Shown in pieces: positions 20,179 to 31,300 of a stretch of DNA of 64,000 nt. Source of the DNA: Andalucia godoyi And28 (Eukaryota > Protista > Jakobida); contig VRVR01000020.1 of the NCBI GenBank assembly GCA_009859145.1, forward strand, positions 62,001-126,000, in the 5' to 3' direction. Every line of letters starts with the position of its first letter. The first letter of the stretch is position 1. A program made the position numbers and the translations under genes. The notes beneath the pieces are model-generated. The model was given only the letters and a program-made list of their open reading frames with translations. It made no database searches and was not told the DNA's origin.

Positions 20179-22033
20179 TTGCAGAAGAACAACAGCAGGT
20201 TCTTTTGACTTCTTTCCCTCCGAAAAGAAAGACGCAGACTTTCAAAATCGATACGCGAAGAACCCAAAATATTGATGTTCTCCTCGGTGCCAAAAAATGT
20301 ACAGAGAAACAGCAGGGGGGAGGCGAAACACGTGACACTGAACAAACACCAAACACAACAAAATAACAACCAGTACTAACAAGAACACAGAATCACGCCA
20401 CCTCTAGATAACGTAGAGCAAACTTCCGTTTCTACTTGTCTTGTTCTTGTTCTTGTTCTTCCTCTGCTTGTTCAGCTTCTACTTCTTCCTCTAAACAAGA
20501 GCACAATATGAGACACTGACAACAAGAGGAAGGAAGAAGAGAAACATAAGGGATCGGAAAGAAGAAAAAAGCTGACAGCAGAGAGTTTTGGATGTGTTGA
20601 GGAGCCGCGCAGTTCGCAGTATGCAGTTCCAGAGCTCGTAGCAACAAACAAACAAAAAAAGAATGTCAACAAGGAAGACGAAATCTCGAGCAGCTATGGA
20701 AAACCGGCTTCTCGCGGCAGGTCCTTGTGCGAAACTTGGAATATTATTATTGGACGGCGAGAGGGGGAAAGAGGGAAGGCAGCAATCGCGGTGCGAAGAT
20801 TTTCCTAGGGAAGTTACTGAGAAAACGCTGTTTCAAGTAGAGAACCCTCAGTCAAACTGTTTCAAGGAGGACCTGAGCACATCCAGCATAGACGCGCACG
20901 GCAAGCATCAGAGCAGGATGTGTCAACAATTGCTGCGTGCTCGTGTCGCTGGGCAAGCATTCTCGGAGAAAGACCACCGTGGAACAACGGACCAATCGGG
21001 GCATTCTGGAAACCATCCGCGAGTGCTCGTATGCCCCTCAAGTCCTTCAATGCTATGCGAGCATACTCTGGAGGGCGTCAGGGGAGATGCAAATCGAAGC
21101 GCAGGGATCGTATGCAAGCAGAAGGAGGGTTCGGATGGGCGGCCGTCCAGTCTTTCGGCACACAACCCAAGCAGCGAAACATCAATGGGGTGGCGCGATG
21201 AGGACAGTTGCCAGCTGAACATGGTGGGCAGAGATTAACTCGGGGGAAAGTCTGATGGCCCCTGGCGTTCGTTTGCCACTACGGAACGGACAAAACAATG
21301 CAAAACCGATGTGCGAGGAAAAGCGAATAACTGCGGGATGTCAATCACTGGGTTTCCCCTTTGTCGTAGCGCACGCTCCGCCTAATCGACGATGCCAAGC
21401 GGACAACGTGCAGAGGCGGCAAGTCGGCGGGAGGGCACAGATGGTGCAGACTGCTCCGACTCGTCTCAAGTCCACTCGGCCAACTCCGGTTGCGCCCTCT
21501 GCCAGGGCACGCCTGTTCGAACACCCAGTGACCCAAAGCATTTCCCAGTTCCTCGCACGACAAGCCAAAATCAAGCTGCAGCACTCGTCCCCGCAGCATT
21601 CCACCTGCGACACCCAAAGTGTAGCAACCCGCAAGCTGAGAAGTGAGGGTCTGGAGCCTGGAGCCTGGAGCCTGGAGCCTGGGAGCCCAGTGGACAGCAG
21701 GGCACCGGCCTCTAGGATGATTGCCCCAAGACGCACACATTCGCGCACAAAAGCAACAGCAAAAGCAACAGCAAAAGCAAAAGCAAAAGGTAACATCATA
21801 AATATGTTTACCACTTGTTAGATGGTTTTTCCTCAGTATTTATTTACTATCTGATTCATTACCAATTGACCAAACAAACACACGCAAAAACACCACAACA
21901 GCGACACAGGTAGACACACAAAAACATAATCGAGACGAAAACGTCCAGTACTAAAAACCGAAAACGTTCCAAAGAGAGAGCATCCCAACGAAAAAACAAA
22001 ACCCCAAACCAGTTTTCTAGATTCGTCTTCTAC

Positions 22034-23068
22034 TTACAGATTCTTGATGACATGGTTGGTGAATTCCGAGCAGGTAGAGTTACCACCAAGATCCTTGGTC
22101 TTGACGGATCCCTTGAGCGTCTTGAGGACTGCGTTCTCGATCTGATCGGCGTGTGTCTTGAGTCCAAGGTGTCGCAACATCATAGCACCGGAAAAGAGAA
22201 GAGCGGATGGATTGGCAAGGTCCTTTCCGGCAATATCCGGGGCAGTTCCGTGTACAGCCTCGAACAACACAGCCTTCTGCCCGTAGTTTGAGGACGCAGT
22301 AAGACCAAGGCCTCCGATCAGGCCAGCCGCAAGATCCGAAACGATGTCACCGTACAAGTTTGGCAACACCATCACATCAAACTTGGTGGGATCCTGAACC
22401 AGCATCATGCATGTTGCATCAATGATCCTCTCGTCATACGTAATCTGCGGATACTCCTTGGCAACCTTTCTGCAGCATTCCAGAAACAGTCCATCGGTAA
22501 GCTTCATAATGTTCGCCTTGTGAATCGCGCTTACCTTCTTGCGACCATTTGCAACTGCGTACTCGAATGCATATTTTGCAATACGAGTCGATGCCTTTTC
22601 CGTGATAATCTTCAGCGAAATATTCACACCATCCGTAATCACCGCCTCCTGACCGGCATACAAGTCCTCCGTGTTCTCGCGCACAATCACAATATCCACC
22701 TTTTCATATCGTGTAGGCACGGCAGCAATCGTCTTTGCAGGACGCACATTTGCGTAGATGTCCAGAGTTTGCCGGAGCGTCACATTCAGTGATTTGTGGC
22801 CCTTTCCAATCGGAGTCGCAGTCGGTCCCTTCAGGCAGACCCCGGTCCGAAGCACCGAATCCAGAGCCTCCTTTGTAATCAGAGACCCAGTCCGCTCGGC
22901 AGCCTCAGCCCCAACGTCATACGTGTCCCACACCACCGGAACACTGGCTGCAGTAAACACCTTCTGGAGCGCAGACGAGATCTCACGCCCTATTCCATCA
23001 CCTGGAAACAACGTTACCGTCCGCGAGCCTGCTGCTACTGCTGTCGAGAAAAGGCGCCGAGAAATCAT
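22034..23068 (-). CDS. IDH3A: Mitochondrial NAD-dependent isocitrate dehydrogenase, catalytic-type subunit
   Basis: Presequence MISRRLFST; [48 protein letters not shown] (metal-binding Asp residues retained), [14 protein letters not shown]. Confidence 0.93.
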   Translation of the reverse strand: MISRRLFSTAVAAGSRTVTLFPGDGIGREISSALQKVFTAASVPVVWDTYDVGAEAAERTGSLITKEALDSVLRTGVCLKGPTATPIGKGHKSLNVTLRQTLDIYANVRPAKTIAAVPTRYEKVDIVIVRENTEDLYAGQEAVITDGVNISLKIITEKASTRIAKYAFEYAVANGRKKVSAIHKANIMKLTDGLFLECCRKVAKEYPQITYDERIIDATCMMLVQDPTKFDVMVLPNLYGDIVSDLAAGLIGGLGLTASSNYGQKAVLFEAVHGTAPDIAGKDLANPSALLFSGAMMLRHLGLKTHADQIENAVLKTLKGSVKTKDLGGNSTCSEFTNHVIKNL

Positions 23069-23602
23069 CGTGAATGTCTCTGTCTCTGTTTCTCGCTTTC
23101 TCTATTCTTAGCTTGCCTTTTTTTTTTTTTTTTTTTTTTTGGTTTGGCTGTTTGTTTGTGTGCGTGGGCACGTATTAATTATAACGTATTTTTAAAAAAC
23201 AAAATGCTGAAAAAAGATGCGTTGAAAATTAAAATTACTAAAATAATTATAATAAACAGAACGAAAATACGACGAATGGACTTTGAGTTTGACGATTTCG
23301 ACTGACAGTGGGGTTAGCGTTTAGAGTATGGATGGAAGAGGCCAGTTGGAGTGGTTAGGATTTTGGGACAAATTATGCAACTTGAAAAGGCGAAAAAAGG
23401 AGAGAGAGACAGAGAGAGAGGGTTGTGTCAGTTGATGGGTGTGAGGACTGAGGGCTAGTGTCGCAGAGTGTCAGAGCAGAGGCTGTCATCTGGAGATTCC
23501 GCTCGTCAGTCATCATCGATCATCATCGGCTAAAAGATGTCACCCAAGACAGATCGAAGCCGCATGTTTTTTTTTTGTTTTTTAACTTGGGGCGAGTACC
23601 AA

Positions 23603-23981
23603 CTCTTCAATGCAGATTGCTCTGCAGTCAAAGAGTCATCGCAGCCAACATATTACCCAATCGATTCAACATTCGAAAGATGAGCATTGGAGGAAACAGA
23701 ATGTGGTCGGCGGCGTTGCGCATTGTGTCTGACGACGCTTTTGCCCTTGCTTCTTCTTGTTCTCTGACTTGAAAAAGCGCATTCCGAACGCAAATCGATC
23801 GCATCTTCGTGATTTGATGATCCTCAGCTTGCTCAGCAAGTTGCGACGAGGGGAGAATCAACGGATTTCTTGGTTCTCGGTATCTTCGGGCATGGTCGAT
23901 TTGCGTTTGTTGGGAAGATCCCTCTTTGGAGCCATGAGATGATTTGTCTTTGTCCCTGATGAAAGGTGCTGCTTGAGGGTT
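23603..23981. repeat. Dispersed repeat family A, copy 1 (379-bp core; candidate structured ncRNA or non-autonomous element)
   Basis: Matches 57527-57905 with 2 mismatches by manual comparison; flanks are homologous but diverged. Confidence 0.92.
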
Positions 23982-24250
23982 CGATTATAAAACACAAACA
24001 AACAGAAAGTGGTGGAAAGAAAAGAAAACGTTGACTGCGGTGAGAGAATCCTCAAAGCTGTCAACCGTAGTCACACAGACGCCCTGTTTAGTTTGTAGCC
24101 CGGTAGCCTACAGCAGTTTTGCGTTTTTCCATTCTTCTCTCAGCTCGTATCTACGGCAGCCGGACTCCTCTGGTCTCGGTTACGTTTTCAAGTCCCAACG
24201 CTCACATTAAAATATGCAGAACCACACGTTCTTTCTTTTAATCAGCACCA

Positions 24251-24302
24251 TCTTCTTCTTCTTCTTCTTCTTCTTCTTCTTCTTCTTCTTCTTCTTCTTC
24301 TC
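24251..24302. repeat. (TCT)n microsatellite
   Basis: Direct reading of the sequence. Confidence 0.9.
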
Positions 24303-24434
24303 CTCAACACGACGTTCTATCCGACAACACGGAAAAACGCGCAGAGACTGCAAGCTAGAAAGAGAAAGCTGTTTGTGCATGCGTGCGTGCGTGGGTGTTC
24401 AACGGAAAAAGGAGGACAGTTCGGTTGCTTTTCG

Positions 24435-26717
24435 ATGCTGACACGCGATGTGCTATCGAGCCATGCAGAACAGCTTGGCGATTCTGGGTACCTGTCGGCC
24501 CCAAATGAGCCGTACAAGGCATTCGGAGGACATCCGGTGGACGACCATAGGCTGCTAGCCGGGGTTTCAAAGCACATTAAGCTCAAAAATGCAAAGCAGA
24601 ACGGCCGGAACCGATCAAAGTCCATGCTGTCGGACTACTTACCGATATCTCCAAGCGTTGGAAATGAGCAGCGAGAGCGCGAAGAGTCGGGCAGCCCAAC
24701 GGTCGAAAACACCCGCCTTGAGATGCCACTCGATAAAAGTTCCATCAAGGCCGGGTTTCGAAGCACGAGTCAGCTGTCGACGGGGACCAAAAAGCGGTCG
24801 ATCCCCATGGTGGAAAGCCTCAAGACATCGACGCTGGACACGACGAATCTTACATTCTTTATGGAGGCTCCCCCGTTTGGATGCGAGCTGGAAAGAAGAA
24901 AGGTTGTGTTTCCGCAGAATGCCATCCATGAAAGCACAAAGAAGCTCGGACTGGTCAAGAAGGGCTTCACGTTCATGGAGAATGTTGAGCGGGATATCGT
25001 GCTCGAGGAATTGCTACCTCGAATGCCGCTTAAGCAGGTTACAGCAACACGTCCGAATATTCTTGCAACGGTTGGTTATGTGAACAAGGCTGTCGGAATT
25101 TTCAAAAGAAAACAGTCGCAGGGTGCAGATCCGTCGAAAAGACCAGCACAGCCAGCTGTGGACAGCAAGAACACACAAAAGAAGCCAGGAGGCCTGCTCA
25201 AAATTATGCAGAATAGTCTTGGAAGCGGGGGCTCTCCTCCTCCCGCTGGGAATTCAAGTCCAACAACTCCGCATGTGGAGGTTTCTGGAGAATTCAAGCC
25301 ACGTGCAGACGCGGTCATTGAGCAAATCCACAAGGAAGTCGAAGAAATTCAGGATCCAAACATGACCAAAATTCGAAGAACTGCTTTAAAATGGGAGCTG
25401 ATTTTCGAGAAGCTCCGCAAGAATCCCGCTGGAGACAGCGAGAAATCGCTGTCCCCGGGGAGTACGCAGGATGGGAACGACGGATTCGCATTCAGAAACT
25501 CTTCCTTGATGATCGGACGGCGATCCTCCATTGCCGTCGACACATCCGCTTCATCGTCCTTTGGAAGATCCAGTTCGTCACTCGGTGGGCCGTCCGACGA
25601 CCTGAAAAAGTCATCCAGCTTCCTTCGCGGAACAGCAGCACTGATCACACTATCCCGGTCTCAGTCCAGCTTGAGCGGATCCATCTCAAAATCCAAAAAA
25701 AAGAGCAGCGACAGCCGACCGTGGTTCATGACCGAAGTTGGGGAGACATCCGGAAGTGACTCGGACCTGGACACCGACACCGACCCGGCCACCGACCCGG
25801 AAGCCGAGCTCAAGTCAAAGTCCCGACCGCTGACTGCCATGTCCACCACCGACGGAGAGCCCGTGTCCCTAGAAAGCACCTTTCCGTCGATCCGAGAAAT
25901 GCGAAAGGAGATTTCGAGAAGACGACATATGATGCCATACGATCTGCAGGCCTCGCTACAGCGTGCACGTCTCAGAAATGAGACGTCTGAGCTGCTTGCG
26001 ATGCGAGAACAACAGTTCTCAGAATGCTGCCACTCCGTTGCTCGGCTGTCAATGATTGTGAAAGACGCGGAAAGGCATGGCAGGATATATGCGCACATCC
26101 GACGTTTGCCGATGCAGAAAGTTCCATTGTGGCAACGCATGTCCAAGCTCCAGAGACAACAGATTGAAAAGATGGAGCGGGTGTGTACATTTTGGGCTCG
26201 GTTTCTGGAGTGGGCAGACCACGCACGACTGCCCACCGTTATGCGGCTCCACGACTTCTGCAACAGTCTGCGGTTGAAACTGTGCCAGCAGGATAGCGAG
26301 ATGAACAAGGATCTGTTGCTCTGGTGTATGGACAGTGGCGGAGTCGACACTGTGGAGAACCGAGAATCCTACAAGGTGCTCCAGTTTGTTCGCAAAGAAT
26401 GCAACGTCAACGAGTACGAACTCATCCTTGAGATTGAAAGACGGGGATGGCGCCTTCCGATGGAGCTAAAGAGCAAGAAGAGAGCCCTGCGGTACCAGTT
26501 TGGCAGAGTGGACAAGGTGGAGAAGCCCGGCGTCGACAGTCCACCATCTCCGACCAACCTCAGCTCCAGTGCCGCTGCATTGCGCATGAGTCCTGTTGCC
26601 GCTCGGTCTGGAGATCTGTCGCTTCTGAACCCGCGTCAGCGGTCACTCTCCAACAGCTCCCTGGCGAGCATGAACCCCCCCTTTTCAGCATCGAAGACGT
26701 TCGTCCCCATTTCGTGA
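24435..26717 (+). CDS. Hypothetical protein (about 760 aa), Ser-rich disordered middle and helical C-terminal region; start uncertain
   Basis: 2.3-kb ORF, convergent with DRC10; no family recognised. Confidence 0.7.
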   Translation: MLTRDVLSSHAEQLGDSGYLSAPNEPYKAFGGHPVDDHRLLAGVSKHIKLKNAKQNGRNRSKSMLSDYLPISPSVGNEQREREESGSPTVENTRLEMPLDKSSIKAGFRSTSQLSTGTKKRSIPMVESLKTSTLDTTNLTFFMEAPPFGCELERRKVVFPQNAIHESTKKLGLVKKGFTFMENVERDIVLEELLPRMPLKQVTATRPNILATVGYVNKAVGIFKRKQSQGADPSKRPAQPAVDSKNTQKKPGGLLKIMQNSLGSGGSPPPAGNSSPTTPHVEVSGEFKPRADAVIEQIHKEVEEIQDPNMTKIRRTALKWELIFEKLRKNPAGDSEKSLSPGSTQDGNDGFAFRNSSLMIGRRSSIAVDTSASSSFGRSSSSLGGPSDDLKKSSSFLRGTAALITLSRSQSSLSGSISKSKKKSSDSRPWFMTEVGETSGSDSDLDTDTDPATDPEAELKSKSRPLTAMSTTDGEPVSLESTFPSIREMRKEISRRRHMMPYDLQASLQRARLRNETSELLAMREQQFSECCHSVARLSMIVKDAERHGRIYAHIRRLPMQKVPLWQRMSKLQRQQIEKMERVCTFWARFLEWADHARLPTVMRLHDFCNSLRLKLCQQDSEMNKDLLLWCMDSGGVDTVENRESYKVLQFVRKECNVNEYELILEIERRGWRLPMELKSKKRALRYQFGRVDKVEKPGVDSPPSPTNLSSSAAALRMSPVAARSGDLSLLNPRQRSLSNSSLASMNPPFSASKTFVPIS

Positions 26718-26843
26718 TCCGTCGCGGACACACGAACATGATCAAGAGTAATGAAGAAAATACATATCACACTGTACTGCACACACACTTCATACATCAA
26801 TTTAAAAAACATTATAAAGACTCCTTTTCTCCCAGTGTCCAAT

Positions 26844-27971
26844 TTACTTTCCCTTTTTCCCTGATTTCCCCCCTTTCTTATCCTTTCCGCCCTTCTTTTG
26901 CGGAGGATGCCGAACCCGATATCCCCTCCACAGCGCCTGAATCGTCGTAGCGGCATCGGCCTGTCTCTGCAACTCCACAAGCACGGCTTCCTCGGCTTCC
27001 TCTCGTCTCCTTTGCTCCTCTTCCCTCTTTTCGCGAGCAGCATCAAACTTTGCGAGCTCCTCTTCCAAAAACTCAACTCGGGGGGCATCCGCAGAAATTG
27101 CATTGGACAGCATGTCGAGCTCTCCCGCCAGCTTCTCCATCTCACCATCATACTTTGAAATCCAAGCCTGGATCTCCTGGTAGAGCTTGTAGTTCTTCTT
27201 GCGAAGCTGCGTTTCCTCTTCCTTGTGCTCTTCCTTCATCTTTGAAAGCTCCTTTTCAAGAGACTCTATCCTTGACTTAAGCTGGTCAAGAGTCGACCCA
27301 AATCTGGCTTCGCTGTCATTCTTCCTCGAATCTGCACCGCTGACAATCTTGCTCTTTGCATCCCCCGACGAGACCTTGACCTTCTCCATCTCGAGCTCAA
27401 GCCGTGAAATTTCAGAATCCTTCTCATAGATCGTGGACTCGCCTTGCTGACGCTCCGCCTCCAAATCTGCCTGCAATGCCTTCAAATCCCCTCCGGCTTG
27501 CCTGTACCGCGCCACCGTATCTCTCAGCTCCTCGTCCTTTGTGCGAGCTTCTTCTGCAGTGGAAAGCAGACTTTCTTTGCTCAGATCCACCAGCTTCTCA
27601 AACGTCGAAATAAAATTCAAAAGACCATCGGAACTGGGAACATTGTAATACGCTTGGAACTTTGCAAGTCGCAATTCCCGAAGCAAAACGCGCGTTGAGA
27701 ACCGAACATCATCAATTTTGGTCTGGATTTCTTGTTTTCCAACGTTTTTCGTCGTATCTTTGTGAAACGTAAGTGCATCCGTCACATTTGACTCGAGCGT
27801 AGCATGTGAATCAAGAGACTCCACAATATGCGAATCAAGATTCTGGAAAAGATCAGGCCGAAATGCTGTATGCGAAGGAATCACAGACGCAATCTTCAAA
27901 TCATCAAGCGCTTCTCGAAGAACTGCCAACGTCCGATGCGCTTCCGCAGCAATCGCAGGGTTCACCGCCAT
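26844..27971 (-). CDS. IQCD: Dynein regulatory complex subunit 10 (IQ domain-containing protein D)
   Basis: Coiled coil with LRKKNYKLYQEIQAWISKYDGEM, C-terminal IQ motif AATTIQALWRGYRVR and a Lys/Gly tail, as in IQCD/DRC10. Confidence 0.85.
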   Translation of the reverse strand: MAVNPAIAAEAHRTLAVLREALDDLKIASVIPSHTAFRPDLFQNLDSHIVESLDSHATLESNVTDALTFHKDTTKNVGKQEIQTKIDDVRFSTRVLLRELRLAKFQAYYNVPSSDGLLNFISTFEKLVDLSKESLLSTAEEARTKDEELRDTVARYRQAGGDLKALQADLEAERQQGESTIYEKDSEISRLELEMEKVKVSSGDAKSKIVSGADSRKNDSEARFGSTLDQLKSRIESLEKELSKMKEEHKEEETQLRKKNYKLYQEIQAWISKYDGEMEKLAGELDMLSNAISADAPRVEFLEEELAKFDAAREKREEEQRRREEAEEAVLVELQRQADAATTIQALWRGYRVRHPPQKKGGKDKKGGKSGKKGK

Positions 27972-28364
27972 TTCCTAATGATCCACAACGCACCACCGAA
28001 ACAAATACAAAAATATTCAAAGCAAATTATAAAACAAAAACATAAACAGAATTATCGGCGGCAGAAAAACGAAAGAAACGGTTTTTATCTACAGCTGCGC
28101 AAAAAAAAAAAAGACTTTAAAGTTTCGGGGCCTTGAGACTTGAGACTTGAGACTTGCGACTTGCGACTTGCGACGTCATTCCCCGATTTTTCCCCCGATT
28201 TCCCCAGCTTTGGTATCTTCTTTTCATTCGGTAATTCATAATCTGAATAGCAACAAGGTGCGAGAGTATTTATTAAATTTTAGTTTCTGTGTGTCTCTTT
28301 GTACGGCACTTTTGCAGAGTGTTGTGACCACGCCTTGCCCGCTCTCCCCCTCCCAAAGTAAGGG

Positions 28365-31300
28365 ATGTCGACGCCGAGTCCTGTGACGGAGATTTATCTA
28401 TCTCAAATATCGGATCTTTCAAAGTACTCAAATGTCGTGACTTCGGACACCTTGGTGCTGTCGTTTGATCTGAATCTCGACGAGTCCGTGAAGAAGTTGG
28501 ATGCGTTTTCGGAGACGCTGGTTGAGGAGTTTGTTGCGTCGTTAAAGTTCACTTCGCAGTCATTTCGGCGCTTGGAGATCGATAATGCTTGGATTTCAGG
28601 CAGCTTTTTCCCTGCTTTGCAACTGGCGTTCCTTTCGTCAGACGATGTGTTTCCAAAATCATTGTACCTGAGGAACTGCTGCTTTGACCATGCTGCCGCT
28701 GCTTTGGAAAAGCTCGTTCCTTCGTTCTGCATCGATGAATCGGCTTGTTCTTTACGGTTGCTGGATTGCGAGGACTGCAACTTGGTGGCTCGGCACGCGT
28801 CCCTGCTCCTCATGAATCTGGCAGAGGCCCATTCGGTGCCGACAGCGACTGCAGCGGATGTTGCGGTTCGATTTTCGAGAGTCGACTGCTCGGATCCAGA
28901 AGCTGCCCAGTTGTTGTTCCTCATGATGAAAGAGTCTAACCTCAAATTTCGATATTTGATGTTTGAGAATTGCTATTTCCTTCCGGATGTGTTTCCATGG
29001 CTTTGGAAAGTGTGGGAGAGGGATGGTCGGCGTCCCCGTGATCGTGAGGACCGTGAGGACCGTGATGGTGATGGTGATGATACCGATGGTGATGCCACTG
29101 ATGATGAAAGGGAAGAAGAACGATCAAGCGGTTGTCAGTTTTTCGATATCTCCTTTTCAAAGAATCCAATTGGCATGCCAGAGATTTGGTCGTCGTTCTA
29201 TGAATCTGCTTCTAAAGGGAACCGTGTGTTCCATCGGCTGCGCGGATTGGATTTGTCATGCACGGGACTGACCCAGAGGAGTTTGCATTACCTGCTTTCC
29301 GGATTATGTCTGTCGGGTGCCTCTGCTTCTCTCACGACTCTAGACTTGAGCTATAATCCGTTGGATGACGCCTCTGTGAAGACGCTGTGTGATGAGCTGT
29401 CTTCACGTGGATCGTTTTCCACATCCTTGCGAAACTTGGCTCTGGTTGCTTGCTACATTTCTCCAAAGTCCGTAGCCAGGTTGCTGGGACTTGTTGCATC
29501 ATTTGAGTGCCTTGTTCATGTGGATTTGCGACACAATTCCATTTCTGCCGAAGATTTTCGACGTGTAATGTCGTTGGTAACAAGCTACATCTCGACCATG
29601 GAGCCGCGGACTGTAGCATTCTCTTCGCTGCTCACTCGCGAACGCAAGTCTCTGCCACTGGTCGACTTTTCCCAATGCTTTGTCCCCGATTCCTTGCAGT
29701 ACGTTCCGGAGTCCTTGCAGGCTTCTTTGGACTTCACGTTCGAGAGCGCCCCGCATCGTTTTTACGAACGATTCTGCGATGACAATTACGTCTTTCGAGA
29801 TCCAGAGTCTGGAAAGATCGTCTTGGACACGTCGCAGTTGCTAAAGCCGCAAGTCGACTCGTCTTATGGTGACGATGACGACCTGATCGTTGACAGCCCT
29901 GTTGGGGACGATATCCGTCGTCAGGGTGCAGGCGTTCCAGTCGTCGATTTGGACCTTGCGCAGGCTGTTGCGTCTAGTGAAGCAGATGCATTGAAATCGA
30001 TGTCCTGCAGACCAAAGTTTGTCACGAATCCTGCACCGTCCTGCTTTCCGGTGAACTGTCGGCAGTTCAACAATTCTTGCTACATCGACAGTGTGTTCTT
30101 TTGCATGTTCTATGCCTCTGGACTGTTTGATTCGCTGCTGAACGACGGAGTTGTCATTAATGAGGTCTTCCGTGCGCGATCCTTGCTGCGGAGATTTGTA
30201 ATTGATTTTCGAAGCGGCGCCGATGTCCATGCTGCGCGCGAGGCGTTTCGGGATGCTGTCCTTGGGTTCCCGAAGGCACTCGACTTGAACTGGCCCCCTG
30301 ATGGCAAGCGAGATGAAATGCAGGACGCAACGGAATTTCTGCAATGGTTTTTGCGTGCCTTTGGTTATAGACCGTTTCGTGTGAGATACAGAAATGAGAA
30401 TGCTGTGGAGCCGGAGTTTGTGCTGAGTGTCTTTCAAGGATGGTCTCAATCCGATGATGTTCGCGACCGAGGGACGAGTTTGCAAGAGTTCACGTCGTCG
30501 ACGGTCGAGTATCTATCCAAGGAGTGCGCGGTGCCCAAGATTCTGCCAATCGAAGCAGTGCGTCCTGAAGTTCGATATGCAATTGAAATGAATACATCGA
30601 TTAACCTGCGCCTGCACGACCACAATCAAGAAGTTGTCTATCGCTTCCATTCTTGCATTGTCCACTCTGCCTGTCACTATGTTTCAATTTGGAGAACGGA
30701 TGCATCCCCGACAGGATACATGATTTTCGACGATACAGCTGGAGAAAACATGCAGCTGCGGGTTATTGAACCGGATTCTTCGTTTTGGACCTTTGTGCAG
30801 CAATATGCGGTTCTATATTTCTATACCTTGTCGGATTCTGAAACGTCTTTGCACGATATGCATGTCGCAAGGAGTCAAAAGGGGTCGAGAAAGAGGCATC
30901 GACGATTTCATCAACACCATCGAAGTCATTTCGTTCCGCGGCATAGCTTCACTCATCAGCGAGGCCATCCGCATTTTCTTCCTTCTCAGCGAATCCCAAC
31001 GTTTGAAGAGCGGACGGCTGCTACGTCTTCCTCCGACGACATGACTATTTCTGACAACAACCTCGAACTTCCAGTTCGAATCCGTGAGCAGGTGTTTCAC
31101 GTCATTGTACCAATTTCCGGAAATGAGGACGTTGCTGATGTTTCCACATCCGTTCAACGATATATTCAGGATGTGTTGGGACAACCACATTATGAGATTC
31201 TGAGAGACATTGCAAGCGCCGAGGAACTGCAGGATTGGACCTCCGACGAAGAGGACGATTCCGAAGCGGCTGTGCAACGGGATCGAGCGCCTGCGGAAAC

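Noticed and set aside
20663-21821. ORFs 20663-21238 and 21255-21821 as genes
   Set aside because: No recognisable motifs, multiple overlapping short ORFs of similar length, and simple-repeat content; not supportable without expression data.
23820-23940. Stop-codon readthrough or selenocysteine at the TGA after MAPKR...EIR in repeat A
   Set aside because: The downstream frame gives no recognisable protein and no SECIS was identified; all confident genes use standard stops.
23900-23985. Repeat A as a tRNA/SINE (GGTTCGATT B-box), telomerase RNA (AACCCT) or RNase P/MRP (GGGAAGATCC)
   Set aside because: The B-box-like motif is absent in copy 2 (GGTTTTGATT), AACCCT continues as CAAG rather than AAC, and the RNase P-like motif is at the wrong end with no matching 3' conserved region.
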